The notes: generated by a model not told the origin, from the letters alone. 64,000 bases of DNA from Alphaproteobacteria bacterium (GCA_963665325.3 OZ224045.1:512001-576000); one strand, 5' to 3'; counted from the stretch's first letter, positions 27,944 to 38,349 are shown. Program-made: numbers and translations.

Positions 27944-28480
27944 CTACGAACCGGTGATGGATCGACGAATTTCCAGCAGCCGCTCGCACACCTCCCGCGG
28001 CGCCATCGACCCCAGATTGAACACCGGGATGCCGCGGGCCTCGGCGATGCGGATGGCCATGCCGGTTCCGCCCTCAGCGCGTCCTTCGGCCGACCACGCT
28101 ACGACTGCATGGACGGGGCGGTCGAGATTCCCACCCGTGACGACCGCCGCGTTTCGGGCATGCAACTTCCGGACGGCGGGCGAGCACCGGTCCCACGCGG
28201 GATGCAACCCTTCCGCGATCTCCATGCACGCCATCATCGCCGCCGCAGACAGCACCCGGCAGTCCGGCCCGCGATGCCCGTTGTAGCCCCGCCACGGCAG
28301 CCAGACCGTCCGCTGCCCGGCCGGCGCTCCCGCGGCGAATGCACTGTCGGCGCCGGCCGCCCCGCCAGTCGAGAGAGACCAGCCGGTGCGCGCCAGCCAT
28401 CCCGCCATCACCTTCATATCGGCCAGCACGGCCTCCGGTGTCGCCCGCGCCCCGATGCCCGCGTAAATCGGCGTCGTCAT
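27944..28480 (-). CDS. DprA-like SLOG-fold protein
   Basis: YAGIGARATP, STGGAAGADSAF, LPW, LHARN, GGTGMA...GIPVFNL. Confidence 0.82.
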   Translation of the reverse strand: MTTPIYAGIGARATPEAVLADMKVMAGWLARTGWSLSTGGAAGADSAFAAGAPAGQRTVWLPWRGYNGHRGPDCRVLSAAAMMACMEIAEGLHPAWDRCSPAVRKLHARNAAVVTGGNLDRPVHAVVAWSAEGRAEGGTGMAIRIAEARGIPVFNLGSMAPREVCERLLEIRRSITGS

Positions 28481-28683
28481 GTCCCGGCCTCCCCGGTTGC
28501 GAATTCCGCCGCTCCCTCTGCGTCAGCGGCTTCGCTCCCGGCAGGCTCCCCTTCGCCTCTGCGTCTGCGTTCGGTGCGCCGCCGCCTGAATTGTCGCGGG
28601 CGCCGGCGCATCGCTGCGCCAGGGACGGACGGAAGGGGACCGGGTGGCGGGCCCCCTGGCGGCGGGTAGTGGGTTCGACGCTC

Positions 28684-29289
28684 TCAGGCGGAGCTGCCGC
28701 AACGGTCCCGGACAGCGTCGGCCAGGGCCGCCACGCCGCGGCGATGCACGTTCAGGACCTTGGCGCCGCGAAGGACCGCCGTCGCCTTGTGGGCGATCTC
28801 GGTCGACACCCGGATGACGGCAATGTCGGACCAGGCAAGCAGCGAGCCGACCGTCCTCCTGTTCGGGGTGGTGTCTTCGGTGACGAAGCGAAGCTCGATG
28901 CGGCCGCGGCAGAGCCGTTCGAGGTCGCCGCGCGTGCCGGGCGAGCCGCCCGCGTCCAGCAGCCTGGTCCAGCCGGCCCGGCGCATCGCGGCGAGCATGT
29001 CCTCGACCGCGCGGCGGTTGTCGCTGCCGCCGCAGGTCTCGCAATGTTCGGCGGCGACGGGAACCGGTATGCGGGCGTCGCCGGGCGCCGGTAGGCAGGC
29101 GGCCTTCCGGCAATGGCGCGCGAAGGCGGCGGCGAGCACGCGGTCGACCGCCTCGATCTTCGCCTCGGCGATGCGGGTCTTGCCGGCCCGCGTCAGGCCG
29201 GCCTGCCGAAGGCGGTCGAGCGCCGGTTCCGCGCCGGCGCCGCGGAAACCCCGGGACGCCAGGAGCTCCGACAGGGCGATGTCGTTCAT
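28684..29289 (-). CDS. Hypothetical protein with Cys pairs and a DUF2325-like C-terminal domain
   Basis: CRKAAC and CETC; GG..., SDIAVI..TEIAHKAT, RGVAAL resemble DUF2325. Confidence 0.55.
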   Translation of the reverse strand: MNDIALSELLASRGFRGAGAEPALDRLRQAGLTRAGKTRIAEAKIEAVDRVLAAAFARHCRKAACLPAPGDARIPVPVAAEHCETCGGSDNRRAVEDMLAAMRRAGWTRLLDAGGSPGTRGDLERLCRGRIELRFVTEDTTPNRRTVGSLLAWSDIAVIRVSTEIAHKATAVLRGAKVLNVHRRGVAALADAVRDRCGSSA

Positions 29290-29417
29290 GCGGCGGTCCT
29301 CCTCCGGGCGGTTTCGAAGGGATCGGGCGCGCACCGCCCGCGACGGCGTCTCGACAGAGGACGGCGGGCCGGCTGCGCAGCAGTGCCGCCGGCGCAACCG
29401 GCGGCGCGGAGAAGCGG

Positions 29418-29756
29418 TCAGGCGGCCTCGGACGCGGTGACGCGCAGCTTGCCGCCGGCCGGCGAGCGCGGCTGGCGGATGACGATGTCGATGTCGCGCC
29501 CGAGCATGGTCAGAAGGCGCAACAGGCGCTCCAGCGAATACTCGCGGAAGTCGCCCCGGAGCAGCCGCGACACGTCGGGCTGGGAGAGGCCGAGCATCCG
29601 CCCGGCCTCGGCCTGGGTGATGCCGCGCTGCCGGACGATGTCGTCGATGCGGCTGACGAGCTCGGCCTTGACGATATGCGCGTCGGCCTCCGGGTGGCCG
29701 AGATCGGCGAAGACGTTGGCGCTGCCGCGTTCGACGGCGGTGTCGGCGATGCTCAT
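29418..29756 (-). CDS. XRE-type HTH antitoxin (HigA-like)
   Basis: GSANVFADLG, TQAEAG..LGLSQPDVSRL, YSLERL..L..LG.DI.I. Confidence 0.9.
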   Translation of the reverse strand: MSIADTAVERGSANVFADLGHPEADAHIVKAELVSRIDDIVRQRGITQAEAGRMLGLSQPDVSRLLRGDFREYSLERLLRLLTMLGRDIDIVIRQPRSPAGGKLRVTASEAA

Positions 29757-29766
29757 GGTTCCGTCC

Positions 29767-30117
29767 TCACTCCCGGGTGTCCCTGTAATGCCGTTCGGCG
29801 GCCCTCAGGCGGCGCCGGACCGTGTCGAGCTCCTTCTTCGGCGTGGCGATGCCCCGCCTGGCCTTCTTCTGGAAGGCATGCAGGACATAGACCGCCGTCT
29901 CGAAGCGGACCGTGTAGACGGCCCGGAAGGTGTCGCCGTCGTGACGGGACACCACTTCCAGGACGCCGGCGCCGAACCCGACGAGCGGTTTGGCGTCGCG
30001 GTGCCGGAGACCGGCCTGGGCCCGGTAGATGGCGAAGCCCATGCGGTCCTTCACGGGGTCGGGAAACCGCTTCAGATCCGCCCTGCTCGATCCCACCCAT
30101 TCGACCGGTTTCAGCAT
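29767..30117 (-). CDS. RelE/ParE superfamily (Gp49-like) toxin
   Basis: W.GSSRADL..FP, KPL.GFG.GV.E, FRAVY, YVLHAFQKK; lies upstream of the antitoxin. Confidence 0.9.
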   Translation of the reverse strand: MLKPVEWVGSSRADLKRFPDPVKDRMGFAIYRAQAGLRHRDAKPLVGFGAGVLEVVSRHDGDTFRAVYTVRFETAVYVLHAFQKKARRGIATPKKELDTVRRRLRAAERHYRDTRE

Positions 30118-30198
30118 GGTGTCTTCCGTCCGGCAATATAGGGGTTCCACCCTACAGACGCAAGCAGGCCGGCGGCGCAGCCCGGGCGGCGGGGCGGC

Positions 30199-30468
30199 TC
30201 AGTGCCAGGCGCCGCCATCGGGATCGTCCTCCTCGGCGCGCATGGAGGCGGCCGCCATGGCGGTCCAGGCATCCCTGTCGTATCCGATGCGCCGGTTCAA
30301 TTTATCGCAAATGGACAGGGCATCGTCGAGGTCCAGCGCCACCAGCGCGGTCGGCACATGGCCGGAGAGGCCTTCGATCACGATTCTGATCTGCTGCACG
30401 TCGGCCTCGATGTCGTAGGCGGGGGCGAAACAAAAATCCGGGTTGTCGGGCAGGGTCTGCGCGGTCAT
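30199..30468 (-). CDS. Hypothetical protein (89 aa)
   Basis: AAGGAG RBS and high-GC3 codons. Confidence 0.6.
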   Translation of the reverse strand: MTAQTLPDNPDFCFAPAYDIEADVQQIRIVIEGLSGHVPTALVALDLDDALSICDKLNRRIGYDRDAWTAMAAASMRAEEDDPDGGAWH

Positions 30469-30559
30469 GTCACTCTCCTTCGGGCACGGCGGCAGGGGCC
30501 GCCGCCCGGCCGGCAATACGTATACCGGCCGGGCATCGGGTGGGCGATTTTTTGCGGGA

Positions 30560-33500
30560 TCAGGCGGCGAGCGGCCAGCGGTCGAGGAGGCGCTCGACCG
30601 TCTCCGCATTGGGCGCGAATATCCGGGCGCGGAACGAGACGATTTCGACGGTGCACCCCATGCGCTTCAGCGCGTCCATGTCGGTGTCCGCCGGTCCCTC
30701 GACCTCGACCCGGTCGGCGCCCATCAGGCGCCGGCGCGCGAGCCGCCAGCCGTTGGCGAGCGCGAGCGCGTTGCCGCGTCCCATGACCGCCTCGAACGCT
30801 TCCTTGCCCGTCATGGCGGGTCCGCCGTCAAGGCCGAAGCCGGCGCGGACGGCGCGCACCTGCTCGGCGTCGAGCACGCGCCCGATGAGCGAGATACCGT
30901 CATCCGACGTGAGGCGGCGCACCCGCATGTTCTCCTCCGGCAGGCGGTCCCAGACCGGCAGCAGGAGGCCGGTGGCGAGCCAGAAGCGCGACTCCCGGTG
31001 GGACGGCAGGCCGGCGATCTCGGTGTCCCACACGCGCCGCCACTGCGCTTCGTCGGCGCAGCGCCAGTGCGATGCGTCGAGCTCGGCCCGCGCCATGGTC
31101 TCGCCGGTGGCGGGCCGGATGAGCCGCACCCGTTCCTGCACCCCGCCGTCGTCGATCATGCGCGACGATGCCGGCAGCACCACGGCGGCGCGCTTCGAGC
31201 GGGCGTTGACCGCGAGGCGCGGCTTGCCGTCCGGACCGGGATCGCGTTCGCCGATCTCCAGCGCGGCGTCGGGGGTGAGCGGCACCAGCTTGTCGCGGCG
31301 GACGATCTCGACCAACTCGGTGGCGGCTCCGGTGCCGGGATGCTCGTAGAGGGTCTCGCGCCCGGCGATGGTGAGCGAATCGGCGATCACGGTCTCGACG
31401 CCGACCTCGTAGCTGCCGGCCTCGATCGCCTGCTCGATATTGGAAGCGATACGGCTCTCCAGCTCGGCGAAGAGCTGGTTCTGCTCGGCGATGGGGAGCG
31501 CCAGCAGCCGGTTGAGGAACCTCGGCATGGGCGGCAGGTCGTCCTTGAGCGATCCCTCCCAGGTGAGCTTCAGCCCGGTGGCCTTCTCGAAACGCTCCAG
31601 ATTCCAGCCCTCGATGCTGCCGCGCCAGAGCGCGCCGTAGAACTGCCTGAGCGCCGCCTTGGCGTAGACGCTCTCCAGGTTGTCGCTCTCGCGGAACAGC
31701 GCCGCGTCGCTGCCGCCCATCGCGGTCTGGCTGTCCCGCTGGCCCCGCGTGATGGCGCCCAGGCTGTCCAACCTTCTGGCGATGGTGGCGATGAAGCGGC
31801 GCTCGCCCTTCACGTCCGTGGTCACGGGTCGGAACAGAGGCGCCGAGGCCTGGTGCGTGCGATGGGTCCTGCCCAGCCCCTGGATCGCCTGGTCGGCGCG
31901 CCAGCCCGGCTCCAGCAGGTAATGGATGCGCCGCTCGGTATTCCCGCAGGACAGGTCGGCGTGGTAGCTCCTGCCGGTGCCGCCGGCCATCGAGAAGACC
32001 AGGATGCGCTTCTCGCCGTCCATGAACGCGGCGGTCTCGGCGAGATTGGCGGAGGCGGGCCGGCTGCGCAGCGCGAGGTGATCGCCCTTGGCGTCGATGA
32101 TCCGCAATACCCGCCGCGACCGGCCTGTCACTTCGGCAACGGCCTCGTGCCCGAAATGCTGCACGATCTGGTCGAGCGCCGTCGGCACCGGCGGCAATGC
32201 CGCCAGCTTCTCGATCAGCACTTCGCGCCGGTCCTCGGCTTCCTTGCTTATGACGGGGTTGCCGTCGGCGTCCCTGGCGGGCCGGCTGAGGAGATTGCCG
32301 CCGTCGTCGGTGAACGGCTCCTGCAACTGCACCGGGAAGGCGTGCATCAGGTAGGAGAGGATCGCGTCCCTCGGGGTGAGGTCGATATTGAGATCGTCCC
32401 ACTCGGATGTGGGTACGTCGGCAATGCGGCGCTCCATCAAGGCCTCGCCGGTGGACACGAGCTGGACCACGGCCGAGCGCCCGGCGGCGAGATCGGCCTC
32501 GATCGCGCGGATGGTCGAGGGGCACTTCATCCCGGTCAGCAGATGGCCGAAAAACCTCTGTTTCGTGCCCTCGAAGGCGGATAGTGCGGCGGCCTTGGCG
32601 TTCTTGTTCAGCGTGTCCTCGCCCTGGACGATGCCGGTGGCCTTCAGCGCCTCCTCGATGTTGGCGTGGATCACCTTGAAGGCGCCGGCGTAGGCGTCGT
32701 AGATGCGCCGCTGCTCGGGGGTGAGAGGGTGTTCGAGGATGTCTACCTCGATGCCGTCATAGGCGAGCGCCCTTGCCTGGTAGAGCCCGAGTGCCTTCAG
32801 GTCGCGGGCGACCACCTCCATCGCGGCGACGCCGCCCGCCTCCATGGCGGAGACGAAGTCGGTGCGCTTCTCGAACGGCGTCTCGCCGGCCGCCCACAAT
32901 CCCAGGCGGCCGGCATAGGCCAGGCCCGGCACCGTGGTTGCGCCGGTGGCCGACACATAGGCGATGCGCGCGTCCGGCAATGCGTTCTGGAGCCTGAGTC
33001 CGGCGCGGCCCTGCTGGGACGGCTTCACCTCACCGCGTTCGGACTTGGAGCCGGCCGCGTTGGCCATGGCATGCGCCTCGTCGAACACCACGACCCCGTC
33101 GAAGGCGTGGCGGTCCTCCTCGTCGAGCGAGCCGGCCAGCCATTCCACGATCTGGTCCAGCCGCGAGGGCTTCCCCTGGCGGGACGGCGAGCGCAGCGTG
33201 GCGTAGGTCGCGAACAGGATGCCGGCGTCGAGCGGGATCTCCATCCCCTGGCGGAAGTTCCCCAGCGGGATCACGTCGCTCTCCAGCCCGCCGAGGGCGG
33301 TCCAGTCGCGGCGCGCGTCCTCCAGCAGCTTGTCGGACTGGCTGAGCCAGAGCGCCCTCTTCCGGCCGCGCAGCCGGTTGTCGAGGATGATCGCGGCGAC
33401 CTGCCTTCCCTTGCCGCAGCCGGTGCCGTCGCCCAGCATCCAGCCCCGGCGGAAGCGCACCGGCTCCGACAGGGTCTCGCCTTCCGCGGTGACGAGGGAC

Positions 33501-35056
33501 GTGTCGATTTCTTCGCCTTCGCCTTCGTCATCGTCGTCGTTGCAGCGGTGGACGGTCTCCCAGCCGGAGCCGATGCGGTACTCAGCCGCCAGATGCCGCG
33601 AATGCGCCTCCCCCGCCAATACGACGCTCTCCAGTTGGGCGTCCGACAGCAGGCCGTCCGTAATCACCTTCTCCGGCAGCGTCGGCCGCCAGGCCGGCAG
33701 CGGATGCGGCACGGCGGCCATGGCGGCCGACTGCACCAGCGGTGTCGGATGCGCGACCGCGGCCGGCACCCGCACGACGCCCGGCCGCCACGGGGCGTAG
33801 GGGCCGGCGTTGTTGTCAGGGGAATCGGCAACCGGCTCGACCGGGCCGGTCTCGACCGTGAGTTCGGAGATCGGCCCCCAGTCATGGGCCTGCCGCGATT
33901 CCGGGGTCGAGGCGGGGCGGGGGCCATGGCGCGTTGCAGGCTTCGGCGCCACCGGCTTGCCGAACAGGTCGCGGGCCGGAGCGGCCGGGATTGACGCGGG
34001 GACGATCGGCTGCCGGTTCGGTACCTGCGTGACGACGGCATCGAGCAGCTCGGCGGCGTTGGCGGCGCGAGCGGTCCCGTCCAGTTCGACAGCGGGTCCG
34101 GCGCCGCGCTCCAGCACGGTGAGGCGGGTGTCGAAGCCGGTGCCGCGTCTCGAATAGGCGCGCCCGTCGATGGCCATGGTGAAGATGCAGCGGGCCGGCG
34201 GGTCGAGGCGGCCGACGGTGTCGGCAGGCGCGCAATGTGCCGAGGTGATCGTGACCAGCCGGCCGCCGGGCGGCAGCATCGAGGCGGCCGAGCGGACATG
34301 GCGGAGGTCGGCGTCGCGGGTGATGCGGTCCACGCCGGGCGATGCCGAAAACGGCGGGTTCATCAGCACCACGGTCGGCCGGACGTCGCGCAGCCGGTCC
34401 GCGATGGCCTCGGCATTGAACGCCGTCACGACCGCCTGGGGAAACAGCCGGGTCAGAAGGCGGGCGCGGGTCTGCGCGTATTCGTTGAGATAGAGCGCGC
34501 CCGCCGCCCGATCGCCCAGCGCACATTGCGCCATCACCGCCAGCATGCCGGTGCCGGCCGAAGGCTCCAGCACGGTATCTCCCGGCCGGACCGCGGCGGC
34601 CTGGAGGGCGGCATAGGCGAGCGGCAGCGGGGTCGAGAACTGCTGGAGCCGGACCTGTTCCTCCGACCGCCTGGTATGCGAGGGCTCCAGCGCCGCGACC
34701 GCCTCCAGCATCGCCAGCATGCGGCGCGGCCCGTCGGCGCCGGCGCCGCAAGTGCGGCGCATGCCCCGGCCGTAGCGCTGGATAAACAGCACGACCGCCG
34801 CCTCGGCGGCCTCGTAGGCGTCCTTCCAGACCCAGGCGCCGGAGGCATCGGAACCGCCGAATGCCTCCGTCATGGCGTCGCGGAGAGTCGCGGCATCGAG
34901 CGGACGGCCGGCCTCCAGGACCGGGAGCAGGGCCTGGGCCGCGGCGAAGATGGGGTCGCTCTGGGCGGGACGGGCCGGGGAGGCGGTCGGTCGGATGGCG
35001 GTGGAAAGAACAGGCGGACGCGCGAGAGCGTCCGGCGCCGGGCGGGCGTCGAGCAT
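30560..35056 (-). CDS. N6-adenine methyltransferase fused to Strawberry-notch-like SF2 helicase
   Basis: QQFSTP, LEPSAGTG, NPPF; GDGTGCGKGR, FDEAH, SATG, QGLGRTHR. Confidence 0.9.
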   Translation of the reverse strand: MLDARPAPDALARPPVLSTAIRPTASPARPAQSDPIFAAAQALLPVLEAGRPLDAATLRDAMTEAFGGSDASGAWVWKDAYEAAEAAVVLFIQRYGRGMRRTCGAGADGPRRMLAMLEAVAALEPSHTRRSEEQVRLQQFSTPLPLAYAALQAAAVRPGDTVLEPSAGTGMLAVMAQCALGDRAAGALYLNEYAQTRARLLTRLFPQAVVTAFNAEAIADRLRDVRPTVVLMNPPFSASPGVDRITRDADLRHVRSAASMLPPGGRLVTITSAHCAPADTVGRLDPPARCIFTMAIDGRAYSRRGTGFDTRLTVLERGAGPAVELDGTARAANAAELLDAVVTQVPNRQPIVPASIPAAPARDLFGKPVAPKPATRHGPRPASTPESRQAHDWGPISELTVETGPVEPVADSPDNNAGPYAPWRPGVVRVPAAVAHPTPLVQSAAMAAVPHPLPAWRPTLPEKVITDGLLSDAQLESVVLAGEAHSRHLAAEYRIGSGWETVHRCNDDDDEGEGEEIDTSLVTAEGETLSEPVRFRRGWMLGDGTGCGKGRQVAAIILDNRLRGRKRALWLSQSDKLLEDARRDWTALGGLESDVIPLGNFRQGMEIPLDAGILFATYATLRSPSRQGKPSRLDQIVEWLAGSLDEEDRHAFDGVVVFDEAHAMANAAGSKSERGEVKPSQQGRAGLRLQNALPDARIAYVSATGATTVPGLAYAGRLGLWAAGETPFEKRTDFVSAMEAGGVAAMEVVARDLKALGLYQARALAYDGIEVDILEHPLTPEQRRIYDAYAGAFKVIHANIEEALKATGIVQGEDTLNKNAKAAALSAFEGTKQRFFGHLLTGMKCPSTIRAIEADLAAGRSAVVQLVSTGEALMERRIADVPTSEWDDLNIDLTPRDAILSYLMHAFPVQLQEPFTDDGGNLLSRPARDADGNPVISKEAEDRREVLIEKLAALPPVPTALDQIVQHFGHEAVAEVTGRSRRVLRIIDAKGDHLALRSRPASANLAETAAFMDGEKRILVFSMAGGTGRSYHADLSCGNTERRIHYLLEPGWRADQAIQGLGRTHRTHQASAPLFRPVTTDVKGERRFIATIARRLDSLGAITRGQRDSQTAMGGSDAALFRESDNLESVYAKAALRQFYGALWRGSIEGWNLERFEKATGLKLTWEGSLKDDLPPMPRFLNRLLALPIAEQNQLFAELESRIASNIEQAIEAGSYEVGVETVIADSLTIAGRETLYEHPGTGAATELVEIVRRDKLVPLTPDAALEIGERDPGPDGKPRLAVNARSKRAAVVLPASSRMIDDGGVQERVRLIRPATGETMARAELDASHWRCADEAQWRRVWDTEIAGLPSHRESRFWLATGLLLPVWDRLPEENMRVRRLTSDDGISLIGRVLDAEQVRAVRAGFGLDGGPAMTGKEAFEAVMGRGNALALANGWRLARRRLMGADRVEVEGPADTDMDALKRMGCTVEIVSFRARIFAPNAETVERLLDRWPLAA

Positions 35057-35282
35057 GGGCCGGTCTCCGTGCTGAAGGGCATCGGACCGGCGTGGGCCGG
35101 GCGCGAAATGCGACTCCCGCCCCGCCCCGCCGGACCGCCTCAGACCGGCTGACTGCCTCCTGTCGGGGCCGGGCGAAGCCGCGGCGCCGGAGGGCAGCGC
35201 GGCGTGGTCGCTGGATCGAGCAAGGAAGAGGCGGTTCGGTCAGACCGCCAGGGTCAGCACCTGGTGCAGACGGCCGGGGGCG

Positions 35283-35927
35283 TCAGCCGAACCGCTTGCC
35301 GTCCGCCGTAAAGGTCCAGGCATTTATGCCGACGATCTCGTCGACGGCATCGTCGGAGGTCTGGTGCTCGTACTCCGAGCGGAGCTGGCGGTAGAGCCAG
35401 CGCGCGAGATCGCGCAGCGCCTCGGTGACGGCGTCCTCGGCATCGTCGGTCGACGGCTGCCAGGTCGGGCTGTCGCGCTCGACCTCGATGGTCATCGTTT
35501 ACTCGTGGCAGTAGCGCCCGCGCTGTCGGACGGTGGCATTGAGTTGCCAGAAATTCTTCCGTTGAAGCGCCTGGAGTTCGTCCGCGATCCGGTGCAGCTC
35601 CGTGTCCTGCGGCGCGTGGGCGCGAATGGCCCTGCTCGCGCCTCGGGCGTAGCTGTAGTTGCCGGAGAAAGACGCGCCGTCACCCTGGAAGCTGAAGCCA
35701 GACCAGAAAATTTGCGGCTTGTCGCGGGTGCCGCCGCCATAAAGGCGCACGGGGGTCGTCCCAAGCGTGATGCCGAGGATCCGGCAGATCGTCTCGAAAT
35801 CCTCGTAGACGAAATCGTACCACTCGTCGTGCAGGCCCTGGTGGCGATACCAGACGCGCGCGTTCTCCTTCGCGGCGTCGGAGAGCTCGTCGATCGTGTA
35901 GACCGTTATCTCGATGACCTGCGGCAT
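35283..35927 (-). pseudogene. Conserved mobile-element protein (often labelled 'antitoxin of TA stability system') split by an in-frame TAA
   Basis: The two ORFs are in frame: ...CAC GAG TAA ACG ATG...; stop at 35499-35501 where homologues, from memory, have Tyr. Confidence 0.65.
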
Positions 35928-35929
35928 GG

Positions 35930-36451
35930 TCAGCGCCCCTGCGGGCGGGGGTTGCACCGGGTGACGCGGACGAACCGGACGGCCTCTCGAACGCGCCGCA
36001 GGGCGACGCGGTGGTGGTCGGGAATGGCGCGGAACCAGAAGGCCGGCTTGCGCGAGAACATGGCGCCGGAATCGGCGACGAAGCCGTCGGCATACGCCAC
36101 GAAATGACCGCCCGCAGAAATCGCCCACGTTCCCGCGGGCGCCGGGTCGAGAAACGTGCCCAGCGTGACGGCGCGCACCTCGAACGGGACGTCCGCGAAG
36201 ATGCGGTCCCAGACCTCTTCCCGGCGCGCATGGCGGCGCTCGCGGTACTTCGGATGGCGGATCGCGTAGTCGGGAACGAAGCCGAACTCTTCGAGGGCGG
36301 CCGCGAGCTCATCGGTATGGATGCCGTTGACCGAGGGCCGGTCGAACAGGCGGCGGATGACGGCGGCGGCCTCGTGGGTGGGCACGCCGGCGATCGCGGA
36401 AATCGCGGAGGGGCCGCACTTCGTGGCGCGGCCGGTGATCCGGTGGAGCAT
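35930..36451 (-). CDS. Hypothetical protein, possible C39/papain-like Cys-His peptidase fold
   Basis: N-terminal CGPSAI and downstream GHFVAY; GGAG RBS. Confidence 0.5.
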   Translation of the reverse strand: MLHRITGRATKCGPSAISAIAGVPTHEAAAVIRRLFDRPSVNGIHTDELAAALEEFGFVPDYAIRHPKYRERRHARREEVWDRIFADVPFEVRAVTLGTFLDPAPAGTWAISAGGHFVAYADGFVADSGAMFSRKPAFWFRAIPDHHRVALRRVREAVRFVRVTRCNPRPQGR

Positions 36452-36586
36452 GTCGGTCTCCGGGCTGGAAGGGCATGGGCGTCCGGCACGGCGGGACTCC
36501 CGCGCCGCGCCGCCGGCCCGCCCGGCGCCGGCTGGCCGGACTCCGGGCGGGGCGGCGCGGGAGGGCGCGGCCTTCAGAGGCGGCGG

Positions 36587-37063
36587 TCACCAACGCTGCG
36601 CATCGAGGTGGCGCAGCACGGCGGCGGTGAGTTCGCGGATGTCCCCGTAGGAACGCTCGTCCGAGTCGTTCCATTCGATGAGGCCGTTCAGATGCGGCTC
36701 GGAAACCGGTGCGTCCCGTTCCCGGGCGCCGGTGTCGATGCCGGCGAGCCTGGTGTAGACCTCGCACATGGTCTCGGTGGCCTCCCCGGTATGGGACGGG
36801 TCGCGCCAGAGGACCGAACCGGTGTGGATCCGGATGGCCGCGCCGAGGCAGAAGCAGCGCGGGCTCTCGGGTATGGCGAGGCGGAAGGCGGGCGGATGGC
36901 GGACGTCGTCGTTGTCGACGACGTGGAAGCCGCCGTCGAACTCGATGACGTCGCCGTCGTCGTCGCGCCCCCATCCCCCCTGGTGCCAGCGCTTCGGGCG
37001 GTCGAGGGTCTCGTGGACGCGGCGGGCGATCTCGAGCTTCTGCTCGGGGCTGAGGGTCCGCAT
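36587..37063 (-). CDS. DUF6197-like hypothetical protein
   Basis: W.QG, C..GA, WND...R motifs. Confidence 0.5.
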   Translation of the reverse strand: MRTLSPEQKLEIARRVHETLDRPKRWHQGGWGRDDDGDVIEFDGGFHVVDNDDVRHPPAFRLAIPESPRCFCLGAAIRIHTGSVLWRDPSHTGEATETMCEVYTRLAGIDTGARERDAPVSEPHLNGLIEWNDSDERSYGDIRELTAAVLRHLDAQRW

Positions 37064-37065
37064 GC

Positions 37066-37482
37066 TCAGTCGTCCTCGGCAAACATGATGGTAATTGCGG
37101 CTTCACCAGCATCGCCGGCGCCGATCGCCACGATGGGGAAGTGCTTGCGGGGCGGACGGTTGCTGTCGCGCAGGTCCTTGCGGATGTCGCGCACCAGCAC
37201 GCACATTCTCACCCGGTCGCTGTTCGAGGCGCGGAGCGCGTAATGGCGCGCCATCCAGAGCACGTCCCACAGGCGTCCGCGCTCGTCCTGGAAGCCGAGA
37301 TAGCCTTCGGGAAGCGCGATAATGCGATCCCAGACCGTGCGCGTGATGGCGACGGGGATCTTGAATCCCGCTTCCCGCGCGGTTTCGGAGACGTCGACGA
37401 GGATGCCGTCCCCGATCGCCTGGGCGCGGGTGTAGGCGAAAATCACGGGACCGAATGCGGTGGCGTTGCCGGGATTGGGCAT
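37066..37482 (-). CDS. DUF6573-like hypothetical protein
   Basis: VI.AYTRAQAI.DG.LVDV, QDERGRLWDVLWM, ITIM..ED. Confidence 0.7.
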   Translation of the reverse strand: MPNPGNATAFGPVIFAYTRAQAIGDGILVDVSETAREAGFKIPVAITRTVWDRIIALPEGYLGFQDERGRLWDVLWMARHYALRASNSDRVRMCVLVRDIRKDLRDSNRPPRKHFPIVAIGAGDAGEAAITIMFAEDD

Positions 37483-37569
37483 GGTCGGATTCCTCTTGGT
37501 GGAAAAGGCGGAGGCGATCGCGCCCCGGGAGTTTCTTGCCGGGAGAAGTGCGGCCGACCGAACCGGCTG

Positions 37570-38349
37570 TCAGAGCAGGCCGCGCGCCTGGAAGCTGATC
37601 GAGCCGCTCGGGGTTACGATGACGTGGTCGAGCAGCGTCACCTCGATGGTCTTCAGCGCGTCGCGGATGCGGTTCGTCATGTCGATGTCGGCGCGGGACG
37701 GATCGGGTGAACCGCTCGGATGATCGTGGACCGCCACGACCGCGCTGGCCTGAAGCTCCAGCGCGCGCACGCAGATCTCCCGGGGATATACCGGCGCGTG
37801 GCAGACGGAGCCTTTCTGGAGGCACTCGTCCGTGATGAGCACATTCTTCCGGTTGAGATACAAAATGTGGAATTCCTCGACCTCGCGATGCCCGGCGAGC
37901 GTGCGGCAATATTCGATAACCTTGGCGTAGCTGCCGAGGGAGGGGCGCACGGTCCGAGGGACTTCGGCCCGCGCCATGCGGATGCCGAGCGCCTCGGCCG
38001 CCTTGAGGGCGGCGATGGCGTCCTCTGAAAGACCGGGCACGCTGCGCAACCGGTCCGGGCGGGCGGCGAGCGCGCGCGGCGCCGTGCCGAACGTGTCGAG
38101 CAGACACCCGGCAAGCGCGTCGGCGTCGTTCACCGACGGGCGCCCGGAGAGCAGCAGCTCCAGCAGATCGCGGTCGTCGACCGCCTCGCGCCCGGCGCGC
38201 AGGAAGCGGGACCGGAGACGGCGTCGGTCCGCGGCCTGCCGGATCGACGCCGGCGCCGGACCACGATCCGGGGCGGGCGGCGCGGGCATTTCGTAAAGCG
38301 GCATCTCGTCGAAACCCGGAACGGATTCGGGCATGGCGGCGTCCTCCAT
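37570..38349 (-). CDS. radC: RadC/JAB-domain protein
   Basis: ELLL, E.F.ILYLN, VYPREI, H.HPSG...PS.AD, LLDHVIV. Confidence 0.92.
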   Translation of the reverse strand: MEDAAMPESVPGFDEMPLYEMPAPPAPDRGPAPASIRQAADRRRLRSRFLRAGREAVDDRDLLELLLSGRPSVNDADALAGCLLDTFGTAPRALAARPDRLRSVPGLSEDAIAALKAAEALGIRMARAEVPRTVRPSLGSYAKVIEYCRTLAGHREVEEFHILYLNRKNVLITDECLQKGSVCHAPVYPREICVRALELQASAVVAVHDHPSGSPDPSRADIDMTNRIRDALKTIEVTLLDHVIVTPSGSISFQARGLL

